Positions 14,118 through 25,583 of a stretch of 64,000 nucleotides of DNA are shown piece after piece. Within the stretch, counting starts at the first letter, position 1. Every line of letters begins with the position of its first letter. Under the pieces are notes generated by a model, which was given only the letters and a program-made list of their open reading frames with translations, made no database searches and was not told the origin of the DNA. A program made the position numbers and the translations under genes. The stretch comes from Babesia bigemina (taxonomy: Eukaryota): contig NC_027220.1 in assembly GCF_000981445.1 (NCBI RefSeq), positions 248,001 through 312,000 of the forward strand, written 5' to 3'.

Positions 14118-15786
14118 ATGGCTCCAGAGGAAACGGCCCGGCCGTTGGTCGTCGAGGAGCTAATCACGGAGTTCGAGCAGCGCTTCGACATCGATGAACA
14201 GCGAGAAGAAGAGCTGTATGCGCAGTACGCGTGGGAAAAAGGTGGGCGTCGGATTTGGGCAATACAAATCGTCCAGATTTCGACAAATCGTGGGAACAGC
14301 TGGTTGATAAGGATGGCGTCCTGCAGTTCGTTCAGCAAAAGAGCGGGCATACGCCCATGTCGTCGTTCGAGGGTGTTGCAATCACGGACGACCCGGATGG
14401 AGGCATCCAGAAGCGTAGTGTCGTTAGGTATGAATCAACATTCATATTCACGCTGCATTATACGCAAAAGCTTATAGTGTTATATACATGTGTTAAGGCG
14501 TAAATGGTCTTGGCTCGTGTGATTTGGTGGATCGGGGTAACGTTTCCGCAGAAACATCGTCATAGTCTTCGATACAAGCGACGGGATGCGGGAGGTTGAT
14601 TTCAAACCGGATCGCCTGCATTGCGCATCGGGAGCTATCAAGGTTAGTTGCCTGCTAAATGATGGAATAACGGGGCGACATAGGAGCTCATCCAGAGAAT
14701 GTTCCACCAGGGGCCTATGACCCAACTCGCTCTTGTGGCGCTTCGCAACAAACGCTCATCGTTGATTGCCAAGCTCGGAACTCCGCCATCGGAGACTGTC
14801 TCTTTGCTGGAAGCGACCATCAAAGAGGGAGCGGAGGGCGTGCCGTCGCTACAAAACGGCCTCGAGGTGAGTACCCTACAAAATGACTGGAATGCAGCAT
14901 TCTGCGAATTGCGTTGACATGCGTAATTGCGTTCAGATGGCAATCGGAATATTGTCCGGCATGCCCCCGTATACCACCCGAGAAGTGCTAGTAATTTTTG
15001 CCTCAACCAAGACGTTCGACCCGAGGTACTTACTTTTCGTTTCGCCTGACACTCCGCAGCAACATCCTGGCAACCCTGCAAAGGCTGAAAGACGAGCATG
15101 TCATTGTCAGCGCCATTTCCATCGCGCCAGAAATGTATATACTCAAAGTAGGTTATTGCCAATAAACGCACCCTGACTTACTTTTCAGCACATATGCGAA
15201 GAAACGGGCGGATCGTACGCAGTCTGTAGGGATTCCGTGCATCTGAAGCGGCTCATGAATGAACACACAGTGGCTCCCAAATGGCAAGTCCCCTGAAAAG
15301 CGCATCGATATGCCGTAGGCGCAGTTGGATGGAGCCCATTCTGACGAAGGTCGGATTCCCGCCACTGGAAAAGGCAAACACGGCGTCATTGTGCGTCTGC
15401 CATTCTTCTCTGACGTACAAGACGTACATTTGCCCCCAGTGCCACAGCAAATCATGCGCGATACCCACAAAGTGCAAGTGCTGTGGTCTGTATCTGGTGT
15501 CGCCTCCAGACATATCAAGAATGTTCCACCAGCTCATTCCGCCCAAGGCCTTTCGCGAGGTGAGTCGAACGAGCGGCAACATAACCGAGCCACGCAGGAA
15601 CCTTCATCTGCCAAATGCAGCAGTTGCAATGTGGACGCAATATGTGGGCTGGTGTGCCCCCAGTGCAGCAGCTTCTACTGCGAGCATTGTACAACATACA
15701 TACACAACGAGCTACACCAGTGTCCCTTCTGCGTCTCAGGCGATCAAGTGGAGTTGGACAGGAACTCACTAGATGAAGTGGATTAA
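14118..15786 (+). CDS. SSL1: TFIIH subunit p44/SSL1 (vWA plus Zn-finger domains), multi-exon
   Basis: YAWEK...SWEQL N-terminus; D.SDGMREVDFKPDR, GPMTQLALV, PSLQNGLE, TREVLVIFAS, YICPQCHSKSCAIPTKCKCCGLYLV, C-terminal CSSC...CPQC...CEHC...IHNELHQCPFC; several short GT-AG introns. Confidence 0.9.
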
Positions 15787-16217
15787 AATGGCGGCGGTGG
15801 CTACAGACAATGATGTAGCTGCTTAACGTGTGGTGGGGGGTGTAGTATCGGACCTTGTACCGCCCGACTGACATCGGTAGTTCAAAACAGCCTTCCCTAC
15901 AGCGCAAGTAGGAAGATGCGTCCGATATAACTCATCGTAAATATCGTACTTCAAAAATGTATAAACGCATCAAATAGTATTCGTTATACAGGGCGCAATC
16001 TAGATAGGCCATTGTAATATAAACCATAAAAACTTCTCAGCGCCTGGGGACTCATTTGTTGCAAGTTATGCATCTCGAACTTGTTGGAACATCGGGTTAA
16101 CACCAAGGTTTAATAACGCGTCACCTGCGTGGGAGATGCGATTTCATTGACATTCGACGTCACGTTAGGTTTGACCCCCTAGGGAAGACTACATACGCGG
16201 TAATGAACTCAAGAACG

Positions 16218-16594
16218 TCAGACTGACACTTCGGTCACGAACTTGCTGGTATCCTGTGTCAGCTGCACAGTGATTAGCGCGGGGTGTTCGGAAGAACTGA
16301 ATGGACCGGGGTCAGCTGGTTGCTCCACCGGCACGCAAATAGGTGGTAGTGGAAGCCGCGACTGCAGGAAGCAGTATCCCCAAAACAAAATGGTGCAATA
16401 TAGCATTGAGTCTTTCGACGCTGGCCAATTGGACGACTTCGACAAAAACCACGTCAATCCTGGCCATGCAGACGCCACCAGGGCAACAGCACAGCATACA
16501 GTGAGGTGCTGTCTAGCGTGGGACAGGCCACTGACTATATGGGTGGAGCGATTACATAACACCACTTACACCCCAAATCGGTCGCATGCACCAT
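16218..16594 (-). CDS. Small two-exon, two-TM membrane protein (~113 aa), possibly V-ATPase V0 subunit e
   Basis: ATG at 16594, 35-nt intron GTAAGT...ATAG at 16535-16569 joins in frame to ORF 16218; product MVHATDLGFSGLSHARQHLTVCCAVALVASAWPGLTWFLSKSSNWPASKDSMLYCTILFWGYCFLQSRLPLPP... Confidence 0.5.
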
Positions 16595-16751
16595 TGATTC
16601 TTAATGCGGATGAATGCTAGCACCGTATGTGGCACAACTGGCACTATGAGCGCAGCATGGAGGACACGGGTGGCAATGAACGCCAGACTGCGATAGGATT
16701 AAAATTATAACCAAAGCTTAATTCACGCGCATTTAAGTATGGAGCGCCGCA

Positions 16752-17965
16752 TTATGCGTGGTGCGCGAGCTCCTTGATTTTGTTTTCGATGATGACTCGG
16801 GTTTTCACCACGAGGTTGGCCTCGTAACGTTTCAGGTTGGCGATCTCCTCCACCTCCAAAATGTCCCTAATGAGGTCCTTCCACTTCGATAGGTCCTGCG
16901 GGCTGTTTTCGTTGAGATCCAGCACCGCCCTGACGAGAACACGCGATAGCGCGTTGTGATTTAGCAACCCGTGTTCTACTGCCTTCTTCGCAGCGCCGAC
17001 GTAGGTGCGGAAGAACAAAACCGGGACGGACTTGAGGTAGTAGTCGTTGGGCATGCGCTGGCCTTCGTTGCCCTCATCGGGGGTGACGCAGTGCATGAAC
17101 ACGGCCCTTATCTTTCCCGGGAATGATTTTATCATCAGCTCCCCTGCCTCAAGGTCCCGGTCACCGGTGTCACCAATCCATATGAACCTGGCATTGTTGT
17201 TCTCGTTGCACACGTACTTGTGCAGCTTTCTGAAATTAACGAACTTCTTCTCTCCCCTCGTTTCGTTGAACACCCATTCCTTAATCGTCGAGTACAAGAT
17301 TTTGTTATCGCAGTCAATGCCCCAGTTCAAAACGCCCCTCTTTTCCGCGACCTCGCGCAGCCTCATATTGAGGGCCGAATCAACGGTGATTGGCACCTGA
17401 AACGACGTGTATATACACGGCACGCATCCCTACCTGCGGTATGCGCGTTGTGAGCACGGCGAGGAGGAGGGGTTTGCGGTTCTTCCCCATCTTGTACATG
17501 GCGAGCTCAAGGATGAACTGGAATGACCCCGGGTAAAGCTCTCCGCGGCCATACTGCGTATCAACTCCACCGAGGGGCACGTTGAACAGCTTGTAACCGC
17601 CGCTAGACTTGACGGTGTCATCGATGTCAATGATGACCTGCGTCGGCCCCCATTCCAGGCTCGGGTCGTTAACGTCTATCACTCGCTGCGCAGCCGCCTT
17701 CTGCATCTTCTCGACATTTGACTACAAACCCGTGAAAGCCACACGTATCGACACCTACGCTTGCCATTCCGAAAGCGGTACTTGGCGTGGAAGGCGCACT
17801 AGCCCTGGGCGTGTTTGAGTCCGCAGGTTTCGGGGTCTTCTCCCCGCCAGAGGGTGGCAACAGCTGTGACCGGGCAGTATTGGAGATGTCCAAAGAGCTC
17901 AGTCGGCGCGCTGCGCCTTCCAGCTCGGGAGCAGCTGCATTGGCACCGTGTTGAGCAGCGCTCAT
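16752..17965 (-). CDS. HAD-like phosphatase, App1/DUF2183 phosphatidate-phosphatase-like
   Basis: IIDIDDTVK (DxDDT nucleophile motif), YPG, VLTTR, K, FIWIGDTGDRD motifs; short introns near 17722-17758 and 17397-17433. Confidence 0.7.
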
Positions 17966-20102
17966 GTTGGCGATCGACCAGATGTGTGGGCCCTTTCGGT
18001 TGAAATGCAAGTTACGACGCGCAGCTGCAGCGATCTATTGCCCACTTCGCCGCCAGTGGCAAAGTGAGCGGCACATTTGGAACCTGCAGCGAATGATGGG
18101 TGGCTTCCGTGCCACGGAGATACGGCAGAAGGCAGAATGAAAGCGGATTATAGCGGCAAAAATGAGTCGTGATCTGAGTGGTAAAACTTATCGTTCAAAG
18201 GCCGTCGTATGACTTGGGTGTACGTTGCCTACTCGACGTATCTATACCACACATTCGAGAGGCACGGGCTTCGCTTTGCACCATGCAGCAAAACTAATAC
18301 CAGTGGAATTAACGAACGCCTTTGCACTAGGCGTCAAGATTTTTAGCTTCCACCTTGATGTGTAACGTTTTGCGTCGGCGACGCGCAGTGGCAGCTGTTA
18401 CACATGCCGTTAAGTATATCTTGAATATGAACTGCATACAACGTCTAATTCCGGCTTATGTGTGACGTTAAAGCGAAACTATAATCATGGTGACCCGGAA
18501 TTAAGCGTTGATTGCCTTGAGCTGCGCAGCCTCCGGCACCGTCACTTACACCGGGCGCTAGCAACGTGCTGGGCTACAATACTTGAGGCCCTGCACCGTT
18601 ACACGAGCGCCTTTGTGTTTATTGACACCTCATAAACGGTTGGCGTAATTCCATGCTGGAGCTGGTGTAACGTCACTCGGTGATAACGTTTATTCTCATT
18701 TCTAATAACAAACACTAGCATTATCTCGTCCCGGCAAGCGCTGCGAGCCGCAATAACATTGACTCATAGGTGGTCCCTTATATACCTTTTATAGTGCCAT
18801 TGCAAGGCTCTTAGGAGGTGAAGGTCGTACTTTCTAAAAGTTAGAAGTTATTTTGTTGCGTAACCACCAATACGTAATCAGGTTTACTAGTTGTTTGTTG
18901 GCCGTGAAAATCGAAATCATATTACGCTTTTGCGTTCCTGTACTTTGTGTAATAAATCGATTGCCCCCATCATGAAGGATATGGCAATGCGCTCCGCCGG
19001 ACACTTATCTGCGCATACCGAATGATACTCCATCCGTCACCAGTTCTTCTGCTTTCATACTATGCCAAATATAAGATTGGTCGTGCCGATTGCGACCAAA
19101 TTCGTCGACGTCAAAGGTGCTCATGACTTATGTATGTCATTATCCACAAACTACGGCTCAACCGTCTTGTATCCACCAGCATCGTGTTGGGGAAACTGGG
19201 AAAATGTACGAATTGCGTCGAACACGACTGTGCTCTTGTTAATAGCAAGATGATTGCAGAAAAGAGCTGTAAAGTTGGTGCGACTACTTAAAGATCTCTA
19301 AAGAAACAGCCATTAGAACAGCGAGCAGTAACTTTGTCTGCTGGACACGAAGCGCAAGTGAGTCGACCTTTCAATGCATATCACAAAGTAGCTGTTCAAT
19401 AGAGTGTCGCGGTTAAAGAGGCTCAACGATACGTGATTACGTGGGAGGGTGTTGTGAAGCTAGAGCATTTGGCTAGACAAGACTTGGACAGAGTCATCTT
19501 TGTAATTCGAGATATGCTGCCCAAATAAGGGTACGAGTTTGCAAACGACTGCTACGTAGGTTAGCATAAGGAATCCGTCCAGAACGGCCCTACCAAACGT
19601 CGGTGGCCAGGCCACTTCTCGTGCACAGCCTTTGCCCGCGAAGTGCGGGGCGCAAGCTGGGCAAGCACGAAAAACGCTCTAATATGGTTGCGTGCAGGTA
19701 TTCTACACAAAATGTATGGTGGGAATGACGGCGACATCAGCGACATACGATAAAGCATGCCCGGCACAAACGTATCTGTTGTTCTTCCAGCGGGAAGACA
19801 CAGTGCTATAATGTTTCAAATCACATCACAGATTACAAAAACAGCATACACACACTAGGGAATAGTCTAAAACCATTGTGGGCATAAACAATGAAGTTCG
19901 GATATGTACATGGCTAGCGCGCCACTTGGCGCTGCGGAATTTTCCGAGCAACCTCCCCGAAAATTTCTGCGTCAGTCAGAATCATCTTGCGACATTCATT
20001 TGTTGTGAAATCGAAATAGAATATTCAACATAATAGCTCATATTTTCACGTCTCGGAAGAAAAATTGGTGTGCGTGTGATTAGCAGTTTCTCAAGCGAAA
20101 CA

Positions 20103-21188
20103 ATGTCGGAATCAGCATTGACTATCCACGAAGTGCCGCAAGTCGTTGAAATAAATGCACTGGTTGAGGAATCCGCAACGAAGCTGGAACACAATGCGGC
20201 GGCGGTTGAGAAGCCCAATGTCGACTGGTGGAGCCACATCAAGCTTTGGGTTGCGATAGGCGTCTGGTACGGGCTGAACATTGCACACATCATGACCTCG
20301 AAGTCACTGCTGAACGTTCTACCGCTGCCATGGTCGCTGTGTTCGTTCGAATTCTTTGTGGGCTGGATCTTTGCGATCGTGTTTTGGGGCACGCAGTTCC
20401 GTCCCATGCCGCACTTCCCGTCGATTACGACTTTTGCAAAGATGTTTGTACCCTTGGGCGCGCTTACAGTATTACTTCATTGCGGCACTATACTCTCTAT
20501 GGCTTTGGGTACCGTGTCCTTCACCACCGTCATTAAGTCGGCGGAGCCTGTGGCGACGGCCGCCTTGTCGATTCTCATCCTGAAGGATTACCTCAACATA
20601 TACGTATACCTGTCACTGATTCCCATAGTTGCCGGAGTCGCCTTGGCGTCAGCAAAGGAGCTTGACTTCAATGTTTGGGCCTTCCTGGCGGCCTTGCTGT
20701 CTAACATCTTCGAAGCACTTAGAACAATTATTACGAAGGGGCTAAAGCAGGATGACGAGAGAATCGGTTCTAACCTCACCCCCACCAACGTCTACATGCT
20801 TTTCACTCTGGTAGCTGCAGTTCTGTGCCTGCCTGTGGCGCTCGCAATCGAGTCCCCTAAGTGGAGGCAGGTATGGGCCGAGTCAACTGCTTCCATGACA
20901 GGGGGTGAGAAGGCTTTCGTTGTTGTCCGGTTCGTAGCCTGTGGCTTTCTGTATTACGTGTACAATGACTGTGCGTTCTACTGCCTGGGACTTATGAATC
21001 AGGTTACACACTCTGTGCTCAATACCATGAAACGTATAGCAGTGATAGTAGTGTCTATCATCATCTTCAAGAATGACGTGGAAGTTCTGGGCTATGTGGG
21101 CATGGGCACGGCTATTGTGGGTGGTTTGTTGTACTCTCTGGCTAAGCAGGGCGTTTGTATGCGACAAAAAGCGGTGACGGCCGCTTAG
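20103..21188 (+). CDS. Triose-phosphate/phosphate translocator (plastid pPT family, probably apicoplast)
   Basis: Single exon; WY.LN, VSFTTVIKSAEP, LSLIPIVAGVALAS, YYVYN, VTHSVLNTMKR motifs; about 10 hydrophobic helices. Confidence 0.88.
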   Translation: MSESALTIHEVPQVVEINALVEESATKLEHNAAAVEKPNVDWWSHIKLWVAIGVWYGLNIAHIMTSKSLLNVLPLPWSLCSFEFFVGWIFAIVFWGTQFRPMPHFPSITTFAKMFVPLGALTVLLHCGTILSMALGTVSFTTVIKSAEPVATAALSILILKDYLNIYVYLSLIPIVAGVALASAKELDFNVWAFLAALLSNIFEALRTIITKGLKQDDERIGSNLTPTNVYMLFTLVAAVLCLPVALAIESPKWRQVWAESTASMTGGEKAFVVVRFVACGFLYYVYNDCAFYCLGLMNQVTHSVLNTMKRIAVIVVSIIIFKNDVEVLGYVGMGTAIVGGLLYSLAKQGVCMRQKAVTAA

Positions 21189-22296
21189 CGTGCCAGCCCC
21201 TTTTCGCGTCAACTGCAACGCCTTATTAGCTAAGGAAAAGGCCAAGATTTGTTGTATTCATCGTGATCGCTGCTCATCTAATGGCGCAATACGATGCCAC
21301 GTGTGCCAATGTTCGCGAAAATGCGCAGCGGTACGTGTGGCATTGCCGTAGATGCGATGATCGTACGAAACGCCGAATACCAATGACATTTTTGCGTGAT
21401 TACAAATGCCGATGTCATCGTGTCAGGATACCTGTCGCAATTTGTAATTAATCATTGAGATCCATGTTATTACAAAATGTTGTATATACACTTCTGAACT
21501 TCATTTGTGCAGTGCTGCTGCACTGCGCGACAAGTGTGGCTTGTTTGGGGGTTGCGTCGAACTGCAGCTTGTATTGCTGGGCGCTTGCGCAAGATCGCAG
21601 TGGCGATGTCGTTTGTTTGAATGCCAGGACGTTCCTGCACGTTACGCCGCATAGTTGAGCTGCTCCGTGAGTTGTCGACGAATCACGTCGCTGCAAATCC
21701 TACAAGGAGCGGAGCGATGTGAAATTTAACGTGAACGGCGGCACACCGTCGCCGACTTACATTTCGTATTGGTTGCCACCCCGTGAGGGGTTAGAAGGCG
21801 ACACCAACGTGGGTGATGAGCCCCAACCAGTTGACATTCGAATTGGACGCCTTCATTAGACACCCGTGTTGGGGGGCAGTTGCAGGTCGCACCAGCTGTA
21901 CTTTAACACTCACTGACATGCATAGAGAAGTCTTTAACGCGTTGACGAATCACGTAGAACATGAGAGCGCAGACGCCATTAAGTCATCCGAAAGTTGCTT
22001 CTGCAGCTGCATGATTAAGGCACTGCACGACAGAAATGGAATGTTTATGGCATGAAACACCGTCTACATGAACATTGCTAATATACCGTGTGGGATCCGC
22101 CCGACAACCCCGTTGCGACTGAGGCCGCCGGGGTTCTACGCACGTTGCAGTGAAGGCGTCGACGCACAGTGGCGATCCTTCGCATACTTGTAGCACGAAG
22201 GCCTTGCCGACTGCGGTGGAGATCATCCGGATATCCCAGCGGTTCCAGGAGATCTTTGCAAATCCGGCTGACACTCGCCCTGCGCCAATTGAAGAA

Positions 22297-23815
22297 TTAG
22301 TGGAAAACCACCTCTTCAGTCTTGTGCACCTCCGCGTCAGTGAGCTCGTAGTGGCGCTGCATTACAGGGCCATACAAACGAGCTGTCAGCTTACCGCGCA
22401 GAGTAGGTGACACAATAACGTCCCTCTTTTGCAAGTGCTCGAGGTCGGCATGGGGGTTCAGTTTGGCGATGGCCTCACGCATGACACGGTTGGCGTAGAT
22501 CGCATACTCCCGCACGCACTCGTGCGCCCCCTTCCGCGCAACCTCCTCCTCGGTCGGAGGCTGGATGGCCGGCAGCCAGTAAGCAATGAGTCGCACGCTC
22601 GCTGGCGAGCAGCAGGCGTGAATCGTCCACCACTGCCAGGAGAAAACATCGTAGGCGATGTCCAAGTAGCTATACTCTAGCACCACAAGCAAAGGGTGCA
22701 GTGGTACCAGCGCACCGAAGGCGCCATGCTTGAAGGGCAGCAGGACGCTACCTTTGCAGGTGGTGCCCTCGGGGTACACCACCAGGGAAACTTTCTCGCG
22801 CCCTTCATTGATAGACCTCATACGATCGGCTATGGAAAGGTACGCAGTCCTACGGTTCTCCGCGCATTCGCGATCTACTGTGATGCACTTCAGCAGGCGG
22901 ATAAACTCCCCGATGATGAAAGTGTTCTCTAATGCCTTCTTACACACAAACGAGTACGACCCGTTCTGTAGCATGTAGAGCGTATCCTGCCAGTGCGCTT
23001 AAAGCAACTTGCTGGCACCTACCAGAACACCAACGTGGTTGTTAATCACGTTCAACGGTTTGCCCAGGGTGACTCCAGGGGCGCATACCGTCTTGACCTC
23101 GGATATGCCTGAGATAGATAAAAGATCCCGGACGCGCATGCATACCTATGCCCCATAAGCTTATACGAGTCACGTAGTGGAACATAGTGGCCACATATAT
23201 CCTGGTAGGCTCCTTGAAGCGATCTCCGAACACCGTGAGGGGGATGCCTAAAAGGAGTTGGGCCGGATGAAGCGAAAGCTCACCGATGAGGACAACACAC
23301 AGGGTGAAGAAGAAAACGCAAGCCAATAGCCGCAAAGGAGCCAAGAATATGGCACCATAGAGCTGCTTGATTAAGCTGTAACGCTTGAAATCGCTGTGCA
23401 TCAACGGTTCCTGGATGGCATGGTCGCTGTACATCTTCGGGAATTCGTCGAAGTGCTCGATATGGAATTGCATACAGCTGTCGAAAAGGATGACGCCACG
23501 GACCGCGATTACCAGCAAGCCCCAGAAGAGCGCCAAATCAGCCAGCAAGAATAGGCGCCGCCACAGGAAAGCGAACTTGCTGTCAGCAGCTGCCAGCTGC
23601 AGTATCAAGCTGTAAGTCAGGTAAAAGTGAATCAGCGACCAAAGAAATCCTGCGATGAGATTGTTCCATCTCCTCACAAAGCTTGGCTGCGTCTTCACGC
23701 GTAAAGCTTCGTAATCACAATGATACACTTGGTCTCTGCTTCCGGGTTCCTTCGTACTCCCGTGCGCTCCAGCGCGGCGCCTGAACGCCTCGCCCGCACC
23801 GTCACTGCCTGACAT
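22297..23815 (-). CDS. Lysophospholipid acyltransferase (PlsC/LPCAT family)
   Basis: Spliced frame gives NNHVGVL-D (NHx4D) across the intron near 22986-23021, plus SFVCK, YPEGT and PFKHGAF; N-terminal hydrophobic helices; multi-exon. Confidence 0.85.
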
Positions 23816-24296
23816 CGTACCAGCCCACAGATATTCCCTGCTCGCTGTGCGGCATACAGAGGCAACGGGGTGCAGAGTCCTTGTAATAGACACCGCTGCA
23901 GACCGACGTCGGTCGACGTAGAGAATGCCAGCGGTGGCACACAGATAGCGAAGCTGCCTGGCGCGTTCCTTGTATGGCGTGACTAGGAATGCGCCTCGCA
24001 GGTATTAGATGCTCTGGGCCGCTGCGTTTTCGTGTTTCACAGTAGCCGGAAGTGCTTTAACTCCACGGTCGTCGGTGTGTACTCGCACACACCGCTCAAC
24101 ACCCTGACTTACGCAAGGGTCAAAACCTCAAGGTTGAGGCCAGCACAGTTAACGTAACAATAGGTTACCAGGCTTCAAAGTCGCGTGTGTGACTTGATGT
24201 CATCTGTCAGGGCTTAGGGCGGTCGCCTGGTGCTGGTGAGGCGCAGGCCTGAAGCGCCGCGGATTGGCGTCAGCCGCAACTATACGGGAAAATATT

Positions 24297-25583
24297 ATGC
24301 AAATGGAAGACAGTACACCTACGGGCAGTGATTCCGCGACAATTGCCGAATTATTCAGCATCGACGAAGTCGACTTCATCGGGGCGAAGGATTCTACGAA
24401 TTCTTCGGTTTTAAATCAGATACTGTCGGATTTGCGCAAGGTTGGTGGACCTAATTCAGTGTGTAAAACTGATCAGCGACCACGCGATGAGACGAAGTCT
24501 GCAGGTTACAAGTTGTTACTCAAGATAGTTGAGAACGTGCTTCTGCACCCCTGGGAGCATGAAAAAAGGCGGATACGCGAACAAAACGCCCTATACAGCC
24601 GACGTATTGGCAATGACGACCAGATGAAAGCTGTTCTAGTGGCATTGGGGTTTCGCAGTATTCACGGTTATGCCGTACTACAAGTGGTAGATGTACCACT
24701 CCTCCGCCTGGCCTACCGGTCCCTTATCGCAGCTCTACAGGAAGAGTATAGCGTTTCTGTTAAGTCCCTTGAAGGGCACTTCTTCGACCCATTCAAGGCG
24801 TACAGGCACAGTAGCGACGTTAACAGGAACGCCTACACCGACAACTTCGAATGCGTTGGCAAAGACCTGACTAAGCGACAAATTGACAAGCTGAGCGACA
24901 AATTGACGGTGAGTGAAAATTTATGGCCATCAGTGTTGAATGTGGCGCGCTTGCGCCTACGCAGTACTAGCAGCGCCTTCTGATTGTAGCTGCGTAAACC
25001 GCACTCACCGCGTGCAGTCATCTGTGATAACAAGTATAAATGAATGGAACCCCCAAATTCACGTGGATGAAGGCAAGTTGCGGCCAAAAATAACCCAGAA
25101 AACCAGTGAGCCCGACGTACAAGAAGATAAACACGCTGCATCGCACCTGAAGAAAATATACGACATCGGTAAATGCGACTTCGAGTCCGCGTCGCAAAAA
25201 AGACTGGAGGCGCTCAATAGGCAGTGTGAACAAGCCGAGCAGAAGCAGACAGTCGAACTCAAAATCAGGTTACCCGCAACAACAGTGCTCACTATTCATC
25301 CCCCCCTGAAGACCCCCGTGGCAACGCTCAAGCAAGAAGTACAAACCTTGTTCGTCCCCGGCATTGCCGCGGACGACTGGGAGCTCGTCGAGATGCCAAC
25401 ACGGCGGGTGCTGGATGAGCACAAAACACTTTTACAGCAGGACATCATCCATCGCGTGTTGCTGCACTTCCGCCGCAAAGGTGGGTAAATAGGCCGCATT
25501 GCACAAACATCTCAGGGTCATCACACGTAACGGACGCGCAAATAGTCAGAGCTGAAAACTTGAAGAAGTATTCTTCTCCTTGA
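24297..25583 (+). CDS. PUB domain plus UBX/ubiquitin-like domain protein (UBXN6-like p97 cofactor)
   Basis: [27 protein letters not shown]...VLVALGF; UBX-like: [13 protein letters not shown]...LVEMP.RRVLD...TLLQQDI. Intron 24909-25017; probable 35-nt intron 25481-25515 (if unspliced, the stop is at 25488). Confidence 0.72.
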
